Below are positions 49,506-62,000 of a stretch of DNA of 64,000 bases, piece after piece. The stretch lies in NCBI RefSeq assembly GCF_009914755.1, contig NC_060946.1; one strand, written 5' to 3'. Under the pieces are notes generated by a model. That model searched no databases and was not told the DNA's origin. It saw only the letters and a program-made list of their open reading frames with translations. Positions within the stretch are counted from its first letter, which is position 1, and each line of letters starts with the position of its first letter. Both the position numbers and the translations under genes were made by a program. This DNA comes from the human T2T-CHM13v2.0 reference genome, Homo sapiens.

Positions 49506-51125
49506 CCTAGGTTTCTTCTAGATTTTTTATTGTTGTAGGTCTTGCATTTAACTCTTTTATCCATATTACTTAATTTTTGTTTAAGGTGTATGGGTGTGGC
49601 CCAGTTTCAGTTTTCTGCATAAGGCTAGCCAGTTTTCCCAAGATCACTTATTAAATAGGGTATCCTTTACCCATTGCTTGTTTTTGTCAGGTTTGTCAAA
49701 GATCAGATGGTTTTAGATGTGTGGTGTCATTTCTGAGGCCTCTGTTCTGTTCCATTGGTCTATAGATCTGATTTGGTAACAGCCCCATGCTGTTTTGGTT
49801 ACTGTAGCCTTGTAGAATAATTTGAAGTCAGGTACTGTGATGCCTCTAGCTTTGTTGTTTTTGCTTAGGATTGTCTTGGCTATGTGGGCTCTTTTTTGGT
49901 TCCATATGAAATTTAAAGTAGTTTTTCTAATTCTATGAAGAAAGTCAATGGTAGCTTAATGAGGATAGCAATGAATCTATAAATTACTTTGGGTGGTATA
50001 GCACTCAGGCACAGAAATGTCCTTGTGTTAAGCAATACCATTCAGGACAGAGCCATGGGCAGAGACTTCATCACCAGAATACAAAAAACAATGGCAACAA
50101 AAGCCAAAATTGACAAATGGGATCTAACTAAACTAAACAGTATCTGCAGTGCAAAAGAAACTATTATCAGAGTGAACAGGCAACCCACAGAATGGGAGAA
50201 AATTGTTGCAATCTATCCATCTGACAAAGGGCTAATATGCAGAATCTACAAAGAACAAACTTACAAGAAAAAAAACAAACAACCCCATCAAAAAGTGGAC
50301 AAAGGATATGAACAGACACTTACCAAAGAAGACATTTATACAGCCAACGAACATGTGAAGCAAAGCACATCATCACTGGTCATTAGAGAAATAGAAATCA
50401 AAACCACAATGAGATACAATCTCACAGCACTTAGAATGTCTATCGTTAAAAAATCAGGGAACAACAGATGCTGGACAGGATGTGGAGAAATAGGAATGCT
50501 CTTACACAGTTGGTGTGAATATAAATTAGTTCAACCATTGTGGAAGACAGTGTGACAATTCCTCAAGGATCTACAACTAGAAATATCATTTGACCCAGCA
50601 ATCCCATTACTGGGTATATACCCCCAAAATTATAAATCATTCTAATATAAAGACACATGCACCTGTCTGTTTATGGCGGCACTTTTCACAAAACCAACGA
50701 CTTGGAACCAACCCAAATGCCCACCAATGATAGACTGGATAAAGTAAATGTGGCATATATACACCATGGAATACTATGTAGCCATAAAAAAGGATGAATC
50801 CACGTCCTTTGCTGGGACATGAATAAAGCTGGAAAGCATCATTCTCAGCAAACTAACACAAGAACAGAAAACCAAACACCACATGTTCTCACTCATAACT
50901 TGGAGTTGAACAATGGGAACACATGGACACAGGAAGGGGAACATCACACACCAGGGCCTGTCAGCGTGGGGGGCTAGGAGAGGGATGGCATTAGGAGAAA
51001 TAACTAATGTAGATCATGGGTTGATGGATGCAGCAAGCCACCACGGCATGTGTATAGCTATGTAACAAACCTGCATGTTCTGCACATGTACCCCAGAACT
51101 TAAAGTATAATTAAAAAAAAAAAGA
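49506..51125 (+). mobile_element. 5'-inverted (twin-primed) L1PA7-like element
   Basis: Minus-strand ORF2 piece 49506-49995, plus-strand piece 50031-51125 ending ...cccagaacttaaagtataattaaaaaaaa with an L1PA7-type 3'UTR. Confidence 0.87.
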
Positions 51126-52120
51126 AATTTGTTTTTAATTAAGCTTTTAATCATAGAACTTGTAAAGAAAACCCTTTTGAATCTTTTACTACCACATCAT
51201 AGCTGGGACAAACTGCTGACGTTTTAAAAGTAACACAAATATCAAACATAAAGAACTAGACTTAGGAACCAAACTCAGGTTTCTGTAGTGAACAGGGCAG
51301 AATCTTCACATTGGGTCACCACAGCTACTCCTTCAGTTTGGCCTTGGCTAGCAAAAGGGTGACCTTTTTATGTAGATGAGACCACTTACGTAAAAAAAAA
51401 AAAGGTTTAAAAAATAATTTCTGCTAACTGGAATGCTTTTTGTTGTTGTTTATTTGTTTGTTTTTTTGCAGCTATAGGAATTTTAGCCAGTTCAGATGCC
51501 TTGCTCCCCACAATTTGGAACATTCCTTTGGATTTGACCAAGTCAGGAAGAGATGGGAGAAAAGTGAAACAACAACAATAAAACCCCAAGCATAAACAAA
51601 CAAAGAGTTAAGCAAAACAACAAATGCACAATTCATATGATTACTGAGTGTTCTAATGGTAAGGAGAAATTAAAAGCAGAAATTAAAAGCAGCTGGTGAG
51701 TAATCTTAAATTTTATTCATTAAGGAAGAATTTTAAGACAAAACTCTAATTCAGCTACTTACCTGGAAATAAGGCTCAGGCTGGTGGTCGTTCTCTGCCA
51801 TCTTAGAAGCTGGAAAAAACTTACACTCACCTTCCCCGTCAGAAGCAAGCTGAAACTCAGGAAAGGAGGTGCCTGCTCTCCATCATCATGGAAGCAGGAA
51901 AACTTGCCTTCTTTGTTGGAAATGAGTAAAACTTCAGAAAAGGAGTTGTACAGCAAAATCAACCTTAGTTCTCAACCAGATTTTGGGAGATCAGGGAACC
52001 TCTGCAGGGGAGAATCTCCACAACCTCAGCAAATTATCCTGTTGATTTGGGCAATAAAGATAGCCCAGGTTGGTATCAAGCAATAATGAGATTTATCAAA
52101 GGTCAGGACCACCTTTGTAT
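51126..52120 (-). mobile_element. Probable ERV1 (MER4-group) internal fragment
   Basis: A-rich sequence with motifs such as aatttggaacattcctttggatttgaccaagtcagg typical of MER4-group internals; family not assigned. Confidence 0.4.
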
Positions 52121-52169
52121 GTCTTTCTCTGTCTTTTTTTTATCTTTATTGGTATATACGTTTTGTCGA

Positions 52170-55100
52170 AACTGGGAGTGCAACACCTGCTTTTTTCTGT
52201 TTTCCGTTTGCTTGAAAGATTTTTCTCCATTCCTTTATTTTGAGCCTATGTATGGCACCGCATGTGAGATGGGTTTCTTGGAGACGGCATACTCAAATGG
52301 GTCTTGGTTCTTTATCCATCTTGTCCCCCTGCGTCTTTCAATCAGAGCATTTAGCCCATTTCCATTTAAGGTTAGTAATGGTATGTGTGGATTGGATCCT
52401 GTCGTCATGCTGTCAGCTGGTTATTTTACAGACTTGTGTATGTGGTTGGTTTTTAGCATCACTGGTCTGTGTACTTCGGTGCATTTTTGTAGTGGCTGGT
52501 GATGGTCTTTTCTTTCCATATTTAGTGCTTCATTCAGGAGCACTTGTAAGGTAGAACTGGTGATAATGAATTCTCCCAGCATTTGCTTGTCTGAAAAGGG
52601 TCTTGTTTCTCCTTCACTTATGATGCTTAATTTTGCTGGACATGAAATTCTGGGTTGAAATTTCTTTTCTTTTTTTTTAACCATTTAACTCTCTAGCTCT
52701 CATTTTAACCATTTTAACTCTCTAGCGGCCTTTAACATTGTTTCTTTCATTTTGACCTTGGAGAATCTGATGATTATATGTCTTGGGGATGATCTACTCG
52801 TGGCATATCTTACTGAAGTCCTCTGGATTTCCTGAATTTGAATGTTGGCCTGTCTGGCTAGGTTTCGGACATTCTCATGAAGGATATTCTGAAGTATGTT
52901 TTCCAAATTGGTTCCATTCTCCTCATCTCTTTCAGGTACATTAATCAGTCATAGATTTGGTCGTTTATATAATCCCATATTTCTCAGATGTTTTGTTCAT
53001 TCCTTTTCCTCCATTTTTGTCTGCCTGTTTTATTTCAGAAAGCCAGTTTTCAAGCTCTGGGATTCTTTCCTCTGTTTGGTCTATTCTGCTGGGTGGTCTT
53101 GCACATGAGATGGAGCTGGTCTGACCTCAGCCCTCCTTAGTCTGCTTGCCTCTCCCAGGACCCCAGCCTGGCCACACCTGCTTACAGGGCAATATCGGGT
53201 GCCCACACACACTACAATAATTTTCATAATGCAATCACACATAATCACCATGTGACTCCATTATGAAAATTCTTGTAGTGTGCTTTTCAGCTCTATTAGG
53301 TCGGTTATGTCTTCTTTATACTTGCTATTTTGTCTGTTAGCTCCTGCAATGTTTTACAATGATTTTTAGCTCACTTGTATTGCATGACAACATACTTCTT
53401 TCACTCAGTGAACTTTGTTCCTACGCATATCCTGAACCCTGCTTGTATCATTCCAGACATCTCAGCCTCAGCCCAGTTCTGAACACTTGCTGGAGAGTTG
53501 ATGCAGTCATTTGGAGGAAAGAAGGCATGCTGACTTTTTGAGTTTTCAGTGTTCTCACACAGATTCTTTCTCATCTTTATGGGCTTATCCACCTTCCATC
53601 TTTGAGGTTGCTGACCTTCGGACAGGGTATTTTTGTTTTATTGTATTTGATGATCTTGAGGGTTTCATTGTGGTATAAGGTGGATTCAACCAACTGGCTT
53701 TGTTTTTGGAGGATTTTGGGGAGGCCAATGTGCAGCTCCCAATTCCTGGACTGTGTGCTTTAACTCTAGGGAACTTGTCTTAGGCCCCAACTTTGTTCTC
53801 TGGCTCCTCGAGATTTGGAGTCCACTGCACTGAGGGGACCGAAGTGTGGCAACTGTGGCGGAATGCGAGTGGATGCAAAATTCCCTTCCTCCCTGCGGGC
53901 GTTCACCCAGTGGTGGAGGCAAGACAGCTGGGGTGTGGGCCAGGGCTCCCCTGCTGTGTGTGTGTTGCACTGGAGGTAGTGTTGGTTCAGGGTGAGCTGC
54001 TGGCCAGTGCAGACCATGGTGCCTTCTCTGTGCCCCTCAAAGAAACAGTGGTCGCTCAGGGTATAAGAAGGTCCCTTTTTCTCTGCACAGCATTAGCTCA
54101 AGGGTGAGGTGCTGGCAGGGGTGGGGTTCTTGGTTCTGTGCCTACCAAGGCTCTGTCTTCAATGGCAGTTGGTGTGGGTTGGTGTGTGTGCTGCACTCCC
54201 GTGTGCTCTCAGGGAAAGTACAGCAAAACCCACATGTGTAAACACACACAGCAAAGTGATGTAGGATGTTTCCATATAAAGGGCTGCAGTATGGAGAGGT
54301 AATGTGCAGACTGGTGCGTGGCTGTTGGGGCAACCTTGCTGCAGCTCTCCACTGATCAGCTACGGTCCACTAGCACGGAAGCTATGCTGTGGGCATCCGA
54401 GAGTGCCCTGTAAGCAGGTGTGGCCAGGCTGGGGTCCTGGGAGAGGCAAGCAGACTAAGGAGTGCTGAGATCAGACCAGCCCCATCTCATGGGCAAGACT
54501 GCCCAGCAGAGATCAGGTCTCAGAGGAGAACTCCCTCAAAAGTGAACCCCCAGCACAGCATAGCTGCTTTACACAAACATGGCCAGTCTTCTTTTTTAAG
54601 CAAGTCCCCTTTTTTAAGAGGGGAACTCTGGGACCTGATCTCTGCTGGGCAATCTTGAACATGAGATGGGGCTGATCTGAGCTTAGCATTCCTAAAGTGC
54701 TGGGATAAAGTGTCTCACAAGGGCAAGTGGAGCCTAGAGAGATAGCTGTCCCTGCCCTCTGGGCTCCACATCACCTGACTTGCTGCTCCACCACTCTGCT
54801 TGTCTCCTAGGTGCTCCATCCCGGAGAGATGTGAGTTAGCAATCACTTAGCGTAATCAGCCCAGGATGGAGGGTCTGTGTTGTAAGCCCAAGCCAGGGTT
54901 CCCTCTCTGGTGATGAGCAGTGTGGGGTGTGTGGTACCCGTGGGAGATGGACTGGCTTGTTCGTTGGGTCAACTGCAGCTTATTGGAGGTGTCGATATGG
55001 CACTTAGGGTCTTTGCTCCCTTGATATTCTGAGGGTAGCAAGGGCAGTTCCACTGCAGAGACAGTGGCAGAGGGAATTTCCTTTGCTCCTGGAAGCTCTG

Positions 55101-56098
55101 TCCAGGGAATTGCTGAGTTGCTACTGGCTTGAAAGCTCCAATGGTGGACTGGCTGGAGACCCAGGCCAGGAGGACTTGTCCATCAAGTAGACTGTCCGGC
55201 CACTTTTCTGTCAGGCTGCTGTGGTATGCTGGGGGTCCCTCCAGTCCCTATTTGCCTTGTATTTTCCAGGGAAGATGATAGCCTGCCCCTTCCTCTGGGA
55301 GCTCTGTGCCACTGAGGTACGAACTTGTTGCCAGTATGAACACACCTATAAGATGTGACTGGAGACAAGTTGAGAAGTCTTATCTAGTCAGGAAGAACAA
55401 AAACAGGCACTGACTTAAAAAAGAAGTCTGGGCACGTTTTTCTAGAGCAGCTGTGCTATGCCGGGTGTTCACTTCCACTCCTGGTTGCCTCAGACACTCT
55501 GAAGCCCTAATGCTGAAATGGCTGAGTTGCCCCAACAGCAAAGACAACAGTCTGGTCCTCCCCCTGGGAGCTCTGACTCAGGGAGGCCTGAAACCTCTGT
55601 CGGACAGAGAACAGCAGTGAAGGCAGCTGGAGACCCTGGTTGAAAGGCTTCACCTGCTGATTAGAAATGTGGTCGGGGACTGACTTAAACAAGAGTCTGG
55701 CCACGTTTTTGTAGTGTGGCCATGCTGAGCTGAGGTTCCTCTTCCACCCCTTGTCACCTTGGGCTTTCCAAAGCCCGCAAACCAGAACGGCTAGTCACCC
55801 AAACAGCAAAGGTGGTGGCCTGCCCCTCTCTCTGGGAGCTCTGTCCCGTGAACACTTCAAATTTCTATTGGCCAAGGAATGCTGGTGGCGGTAGCTGGAG
55901 GCCCCATTTGGGAGGTCCTGTACAGTGATGTGCGACAGGGTCGGGGGCCTGCTTACAGAACCATTCTGGCCATGATTTGGTAAAGCAGCTATGCTGTGCT
56001 GTGGGATCTCTTCTGCCCCTTGTCGGTTTATACTCTCCAAAGCCCTCAGGCTGGAATGACTAAGTTGCCTGAACAGGAAAGATGGCGGCCTGCCCCAT
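52170..56098 (-). mobile_element. Older L1P (L1PA8-13-like) 5' end: long repeated 5'UTR, ORF1 and ORF2 start
   Basis: ORF1 remnants MRKNLCENTENSKSQHAFFPPND...QNWAEAEM (53401..53592), NLARQANIQIQEIQRT (52700..52906) and FQPRISCPAKLS (52421..52684); ~265-bp 5'UTR subrepeats with ctgcccct...ctgggagctctg at about 55283, 55558 and 55820. Confidence 0.8.
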
Positions 56099-56471
56099 CT
56101 ATTCTCTCAGAGTTCATCTTGTTTGATGGAGCTTAATTTTTAGCCTGTTAATTTTATTGTCTACATTAGACTTCTTCGGAAAGAATCTGCTATATTTTAG
56201 GTTAGATATATGAGAATTCATTGTTTTCTGTAAATAAACCTGTTCATGTCTTGTTCTCTGGAAAGAAATCTCTTTCAACTATCTGACTTTGGTCACAGTC
56301 ATGTAGAGCAGTAGCCAGTCTATAATGACATAATTGAATTTCCATTTCCAGTGTTTTGTTTTTGTGTCTTACATTGTACAGTTCAGAAATGAGCATTTTA
56401 TTCCCAATTGTCAAAATGCTAAGCTGTCCACTGTACTGAAATACTGTTTTTGTTAATGCTTCGTCATTCAA
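56099..56471 (-). pseudogene. ANKRD26/POTE/CCDC144-family coiled-coil exon remnant
   Basis: LNDEALTKTVFQYSGQLSILTIGNKMLISEL...LEMEIQLCHYRLATALHDCDQSQ resembles ANKRD26 [30 protein letters not shown]...SRLAAAIHDRDQS; frameshifted continuation ...KIKLHQTR*TLRE. Confidence 0.82.
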
Positions 56472-56875
56472 TTTTCTTTAAGGTGAACATTTTTATCCAA
56501 CTTTTCTCAAGTCAGAGTACAGGTAAGCTCTGGCTGCCTCGAGCCACTCTCAGGGAGACCAAAACCCTTCATACATTCCAAGTTGGGGTACAAAAAAGTG
56601 GGGCCATGAAGGCTAGTCATTCAAAATAAAACAAAATTTAAAAGTATTAAGGCAAAGATTTAAAAAATTTTGCATTACATAATTTACACAAAAGCAATGC
56701 TATCGCCTACCATGTGGGAACTCGGGAGAGGACTGGGCCATTCTCCTTAGAGAGAAGTAGGGTGGCTTTTAGGAGGGCAAGGGGCTTCCTGAAACAATGC
56801 ATCTCACAATATTTGGAAAGACTATTGAAAAGAAGAACATTGTACAATCAAAGTCCTTGGCGACATTGTAGAACT
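56472..56875 (-). pseudogene. ACTBP: Beta-actin retrocopy, distal 3'UTR only, with poly-A remnant
   Basis: Reverse complement ...cttctctctaaggagaatggcccagtcctctccc...gatagcattgcttttgtgtaaattatgtaatgcaaaa...ggcagccagagcttacctgtactctgacttgaga...caccttaaagaaaa matches the ACTB 3' terminus. Confidence 0.9.
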
Positions 56876-57056
56876 AGCGGGTGCTGACCCCTGAGCCACA
56901 ACCACAGTTCTGGGTTTGGGGTTTGGTAAAACCACCCCAAGGACAGAGTTCTGGGGCCGGGTTTTGGAGGAACCAAGGCGCCTCCCAGGGATGGTGTGTC
57001 ACTCCTGCTTGCCATGAAATGTGCACACAGGCTGTCCCCCTGCCCATCCCATCCTG

Positions 57057-58024
57057 CTGGACAGGATGGAGGAAGTGAGGGAACAGGCAGGGTGGACAGC
57101 TGGAATTCAGGGAGAGGCAGGTGCATGCTGGGAGGTCAGGACCTGTGAGGGCTGTGGAGGCATCAGGTGGAGTGGGCTCCAGGTGCACCCTCAGTGCACA
57201 GGGCAGGTTTCAGGCCAGGCTCCCTGGACCCCGGCTGGGTGATATGGTCACTCCCTGGGGGACTGCTGTCAGACCCTGGCCACCCTCCCTGGGCAGCACC
57301 GTCCCATCCCAGAACTGGACTTTCTGAGTCCTAAAACAGGACAGTGCTGCCCAGGCCTGACAGACTTGGAGGACCTGTGAAGTCCTCCATCCCTAGACCA
57401 GCCTCCCAACAGCAGGGACAGTCTCCTACTTTTACCTTCAGGGCACTGACTGATACATCACATTCTAAGGCAACCAAGGCAGAGCTGAGGACCTGTGCCA
57501 GGCTGGGAGCCAGTCCTCTCCCTAAATGGGCCTTAGAGAAGCCTCATCCCTGTCCCAGTGCACTGCAAGTTTCAGCCCAGGAGACACATAGGGAAGTGAG
57601 GACGGGGCCTCCCCACTGGCTGACCCTGGAAAAGCGGGACCTGGGAGAAGAGGGAGTGCAGGGCTGGCAGGGGATGCTCCAGGCCCATGGGGAGCTCAGG
57701 CTGCACCAAGGGGCTGCCCCTCCTGGGCTGGAGGCTGTGCCCTCTACAGTATCTGAGGAAGTCCAGTCCTGAGATGGGACAGTGCTACCCAGGGTGGGTG
57801 GCCAGCACCTGACAACAGTCTCCCAGCAAGTGACCACATCACCCGGCCAAAGTCCAAGGAGCCTGGGCCAAGACCTGCCCAGTGCGCTGAGGGTGCACCT
57901 GGAGCCCACACCACCTGACGCCCCCACAACCCTCATAGGGTCTGACCTCCCAGCATGCACCTGCCTCTCCCTGAAACCAAGCTGCCCACCCTGCCTGTTC
58001 CCTGGCCTCCTCCATCCTGTGCAG
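57057..58024. repeat. Imperfect inverted repeat: arms 57057-57328 and 57753-58024, ~425-bp spacer
   Basis: caggatggagg...gggaacaggcagggtgg...cagggagaggcaggtgcatgctgggaggtcag...gggctccaggtgcaccctcag is the reverse complement of 57888-58020. Confidence 0.9.
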
Positions 58025-58239
58025 ACCATAGACTGTGACTATCTCTCCAACCACTCTGGCCCTTCCTTTACCTTTGTCCTGTCAGAATCTCTGAGCAAGA
58101 TCTCCCAGTCCATCCAAACACCTGCTTTGTCCACTTTTGACTGGGCCATTGAACACCACTGGGCCACCCCAGCTGTCCACAGGCTCCTTGATAACATGCA
58201 TTTCTCCTGACATCTCCCAGCAGTACTCAGCAGCCCCCA

Positions 58240-59000
58240 TTGACCATGTCCCTGGTGACCAGATCCAGCATATCACTTCCTCCCTGACCACACCCTCACT
58301 GATTAGAGCCCCATCACCAGGCCTCACTAACTAGATTCCCGCTGCCAGGCCCACAATGACCAGGACTCCACTGACGAGGACCTTACTGGCAAGGCCTCAC
58401 TGGCAAGGCCTCACTGACGAGGTCCTTACTGACAAGGCCTCACTGATCAGGTTCCACCTATCATGACTCCATTGTCTGGTCCCACAGACGAAGCCCCACT
58501 GACCAGGCCTGCAGGGAATAGGCAGCCAGTGACCAGGCCCCTGCTAACCAGGACTGAGGTGACAAGATGCCCCTGACTGGGACCCTAATGACTACACCCC
58601 ACTGAACAGGCACACACTGCTCAGATCCCCGCTGACCAGGTCACCCCATAGACCAGTGCTACAAAAGCCACCAATGATCAAGTCCTCTCTGACCAGGCCC
58701 CCACTGATTAAGTTCCACGGACCAGCCTGCCCTGACCAGGGCCCCACTGACAAGCGTCTCTGCTGACTAGGTCCCAAGGTCTCCACTGACCAAGTCCCAC
58801 AGCCCAGGTTGGCACTGACCAGACACCAAACATTTGTCTACCACTATCAACCCACTCACCAAGACATGCACTACTAGATCCCTCTAATGAGACCCGCTCT
58901 AAGCAGACCCCTGCTGACCACCCCCCCACTAAATAGGCCTCACTGACAAGTCCCAACTGACTAGGTCCACTGAGCAGGCCCACACTGATCAGGCCCCTCC
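58240..59000 (+). repeat. HSAT5-like satellite (second copy)
   Basis: Same degenerate ccactgaccagg units, collinear with 44335-45235. Confidence 0.75.
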
Positions 59001-59009
59001 TAACCATAT

Positions 59010-62000
59010 CAGAAGAACAAGAGGCAATGAGATGTTTCATATGGCAGGAGTAGGAGCAAGACAGAGAGGGGAAAGAGGTGTGACATCCTGTTAGACAACC
59101 AGATCACATGAGAACTCACTATCAGGAGATCAGCATCAAGAAGACTAACCAATGGTGAAGGATTCTCCAACCACACCACTGCCCAATGCTTCCAGGCAGA
59201 AGCCTCCTGCAGAGGCAGAACCTCTTATGAAACTTCCACTATGGCAGTGCAGAAGGAAAATATAGGCTTTGAGCCCCCACACAAGAGGCCACGATCCTCC
59301 AGACTCCAGATTAATAAGCCCACCAACAGCTCACACTCTCAGTATGGAAAAGCTACAGGCACTCAACACCAACCCAGCCCATGAGAGCAGCCATGGGGGC
59401 TACACCCTGCAAAGCCACAGGTGCACTCTCCTAGTAGAGGTTTCCCATGAGCCTCTGCCTCTGCAGCAGGTTACTCCCACCCTCCCACCACCCTACTGAC
59501 AACCTACTCCTCTCCACACTATCCCTCCTTTTCCTTCTACCCCAACTCCCTCCCATCCAAGATTAAGTCACCTCTCACATGGCCCACCTCCAACATTAAG
59601 GATGACACGTGAGTTTTATAGGGACACACAGCCAACCCATATTATTCTGACCCTGATTCCCCAGAACCTCATGTCCTTCTCACAGAGCAAAACACAATCA
59701 TGCCTTTTCAAAAGTTTCCAAAAGTCTTAACTCATTCCGAATGTAAAAATTTCAAAATCTCATCTGAGACAAGGTTACAGTCCCTTCTGCCAATGAGTCC
59801 CTGAATTTAAAAGGGATTTCTTTTCCTTCAAGGTAGAACAGGCATTGGGTAAGGTTTCTCAATCCAAAGGGAAGAAGTTGCCCAGAAAAATAACACAAAT
59901 GCAAGTCCAAAACCCAGCAGGACAGTATTCACTCAATCTCACAGCTCCAAAATCATCAAGAGAACTCACTGTAGTGCGGACAGCATTAAGGAGATAGTAT
60001 TTACTCATTTGTGAAGAATCTGCCCCCCACCCTCACCTTTCACTCCCACCCACAAAATAATCTCTCCCATTCTCCCCATACCCCTACCTCCAACACCCAC
60101 TCTTCTCCATGATTAAATCACCTCCCACCAGGTCCCACCTTTAACATTCCCCACTACAATTCCACATGAGCATTGGTAGGGACACAGAACCAAATCATAT
60201 TATTCTGGCTCTTGCTCCCCAAATCTTGTATCCTTGTTACACTGCAAAATACTCTGATGACTTCTCTACTGTCCCCCAATGACTTAACTCATTCCAGCAT
60301 TTACTGAAATGTACAAGGACTTACAGACCCCATGCAAGTCAAAAACCCAGCAGGCCAGTCATTGAATCCTACAGCTCCAAATCATCTTTTCTGAATCTAC
60401 ATCTCACATCTAGAGCACAGGTGTGTGATGCCTGGGCTTCCAAGGCCTTGGGCAGCTCTGCACCTGTGGCTGTGCAGGGTCTATACCCCACAGCTGCCCT
60501 CATGGGCTGGGCTGATGTTGAGTGCCTGTAGCATTTCCATACTAAGGGTGCCAGCTGTTGGTGAGTCTATGAATCTGGAGTCTGGAGAATGGTGCCTCCA
60601 TATTTAGGGACTCCAGCCCTAAATTCTCCTTCTGTACTGCCCTAGTAAAAGTTTCCCACGAGGCTCTGCCTCTTGGAAAAGATTCTGTGTGAACACCCAG
60701 GTTTTTCCGTACATACTCTGGAGTCTAGACAAAGGCTTGCAAGCGTCTAGTTTTGTGCTGTGTGCAGCTGCTGGCTTAACACAATGTGGAAGCCACCAAG
60801 CCTTGAAGCTTGCACCCTCTGAAGCAGTGACCCAAGCTGTACCTGTGATCTTTCAGCCAAGGCTGGAGCTGGAGCCTCAGGAATGCAGCCAGCAGTGTCC
60901 TGAGGTTGGACATAGCAGTGGGGCCATGGGGCTGGAGAAGGAAACCATTCTTTTCTCCCAGACCTCAGGGCCTGTGATAGCAAGCGCTGCTGCAAAAGTC
61001 TCTGAAATGCCTTCAAGACCTTTTTAATATTGTATTGGCTATTAGCACTGAACTCCTTTTTATGCACATTTCTGAAGACTTTTTGAACTTTCCCACTGAT
61101 AATCAGCTTTTCTTTTTGGCCACTTGGCCAGGCTTCAAATTATCCAAACTTTTAAGCTCTCCTTCTCATTTAAATACAAGTTTCACCTTGAGGTCATTTC
61201 TTTGGTCACATATAGGACCACAGGCTGTTCGACACAGACAGGAAACCTCTTAAGCTTTGCTGCCTAAAATTTCATTCCACCAAGTACACTCTAAATTATC
61301 ACCCTGATGTTCAAAATTTCACAGGTCTCCAGGTTAGGGGCATTGTGCAGCAACATCCTTTGCTAAGGAAAAAACAAAAGTGACCTTGACTCCTGTTCCC
61401 AGCAAGCTCCTCATTTTCATGTGAGACCTTCTAAGCCTGGTGATCACTGTCCATCCTTCTGTCACCTTTTTAATTATAACTATTTAACAAGTCTCTACAC
61501 TGATCCAAACTTTTCCTCATCTTCTTGTCTTCTTCCAAGACCTCCAAACTCTCCAACCTCTTGCCATTACACACTTCTCAACCTGCTTCTACATTTTCAG
61601 CTACGTTTGTCACAGCCTGGCAATGTGGTAAAAGAAGAAAAGTCCATTTCAGGAGAAAAATTAATGCAGGCTTCAGACATTTGCCTGAAAAGAAGCTGAG
61701 TGCTGATTGCCAAGAGAATAGGAAAAAGTCCTTGAAGGCATTTCATAGTTCCACTTTATAGCATTATTTTTCTGTATAATCAGAAAGAAAAGAGGTTGAA
61801 CTGGCTCATGGTTCTGCAAGCTTTAAATAAATCATAGAGGCTTCTGCTTCTGGAAGGACTCAGGAAGCATCCCAATCATACCAGAAGACCAAGCAGCAAT
61901 GGGATGTTTTATATGGCAGAAGTAGAAACAAAACAGAGAGAGGAAAAAGGTGCCGCACGTTGTATAACCCTGTTATACAACCAGATTTCCTGAGAACTCA

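Noticed and set aside
56244-56471. Functional ANKRD26/POTE-family gene
   Set aside because: A single partial exon with frameshift and stop, cut by L1 on one side and by the actin poly-A on the other; no other exons seen.
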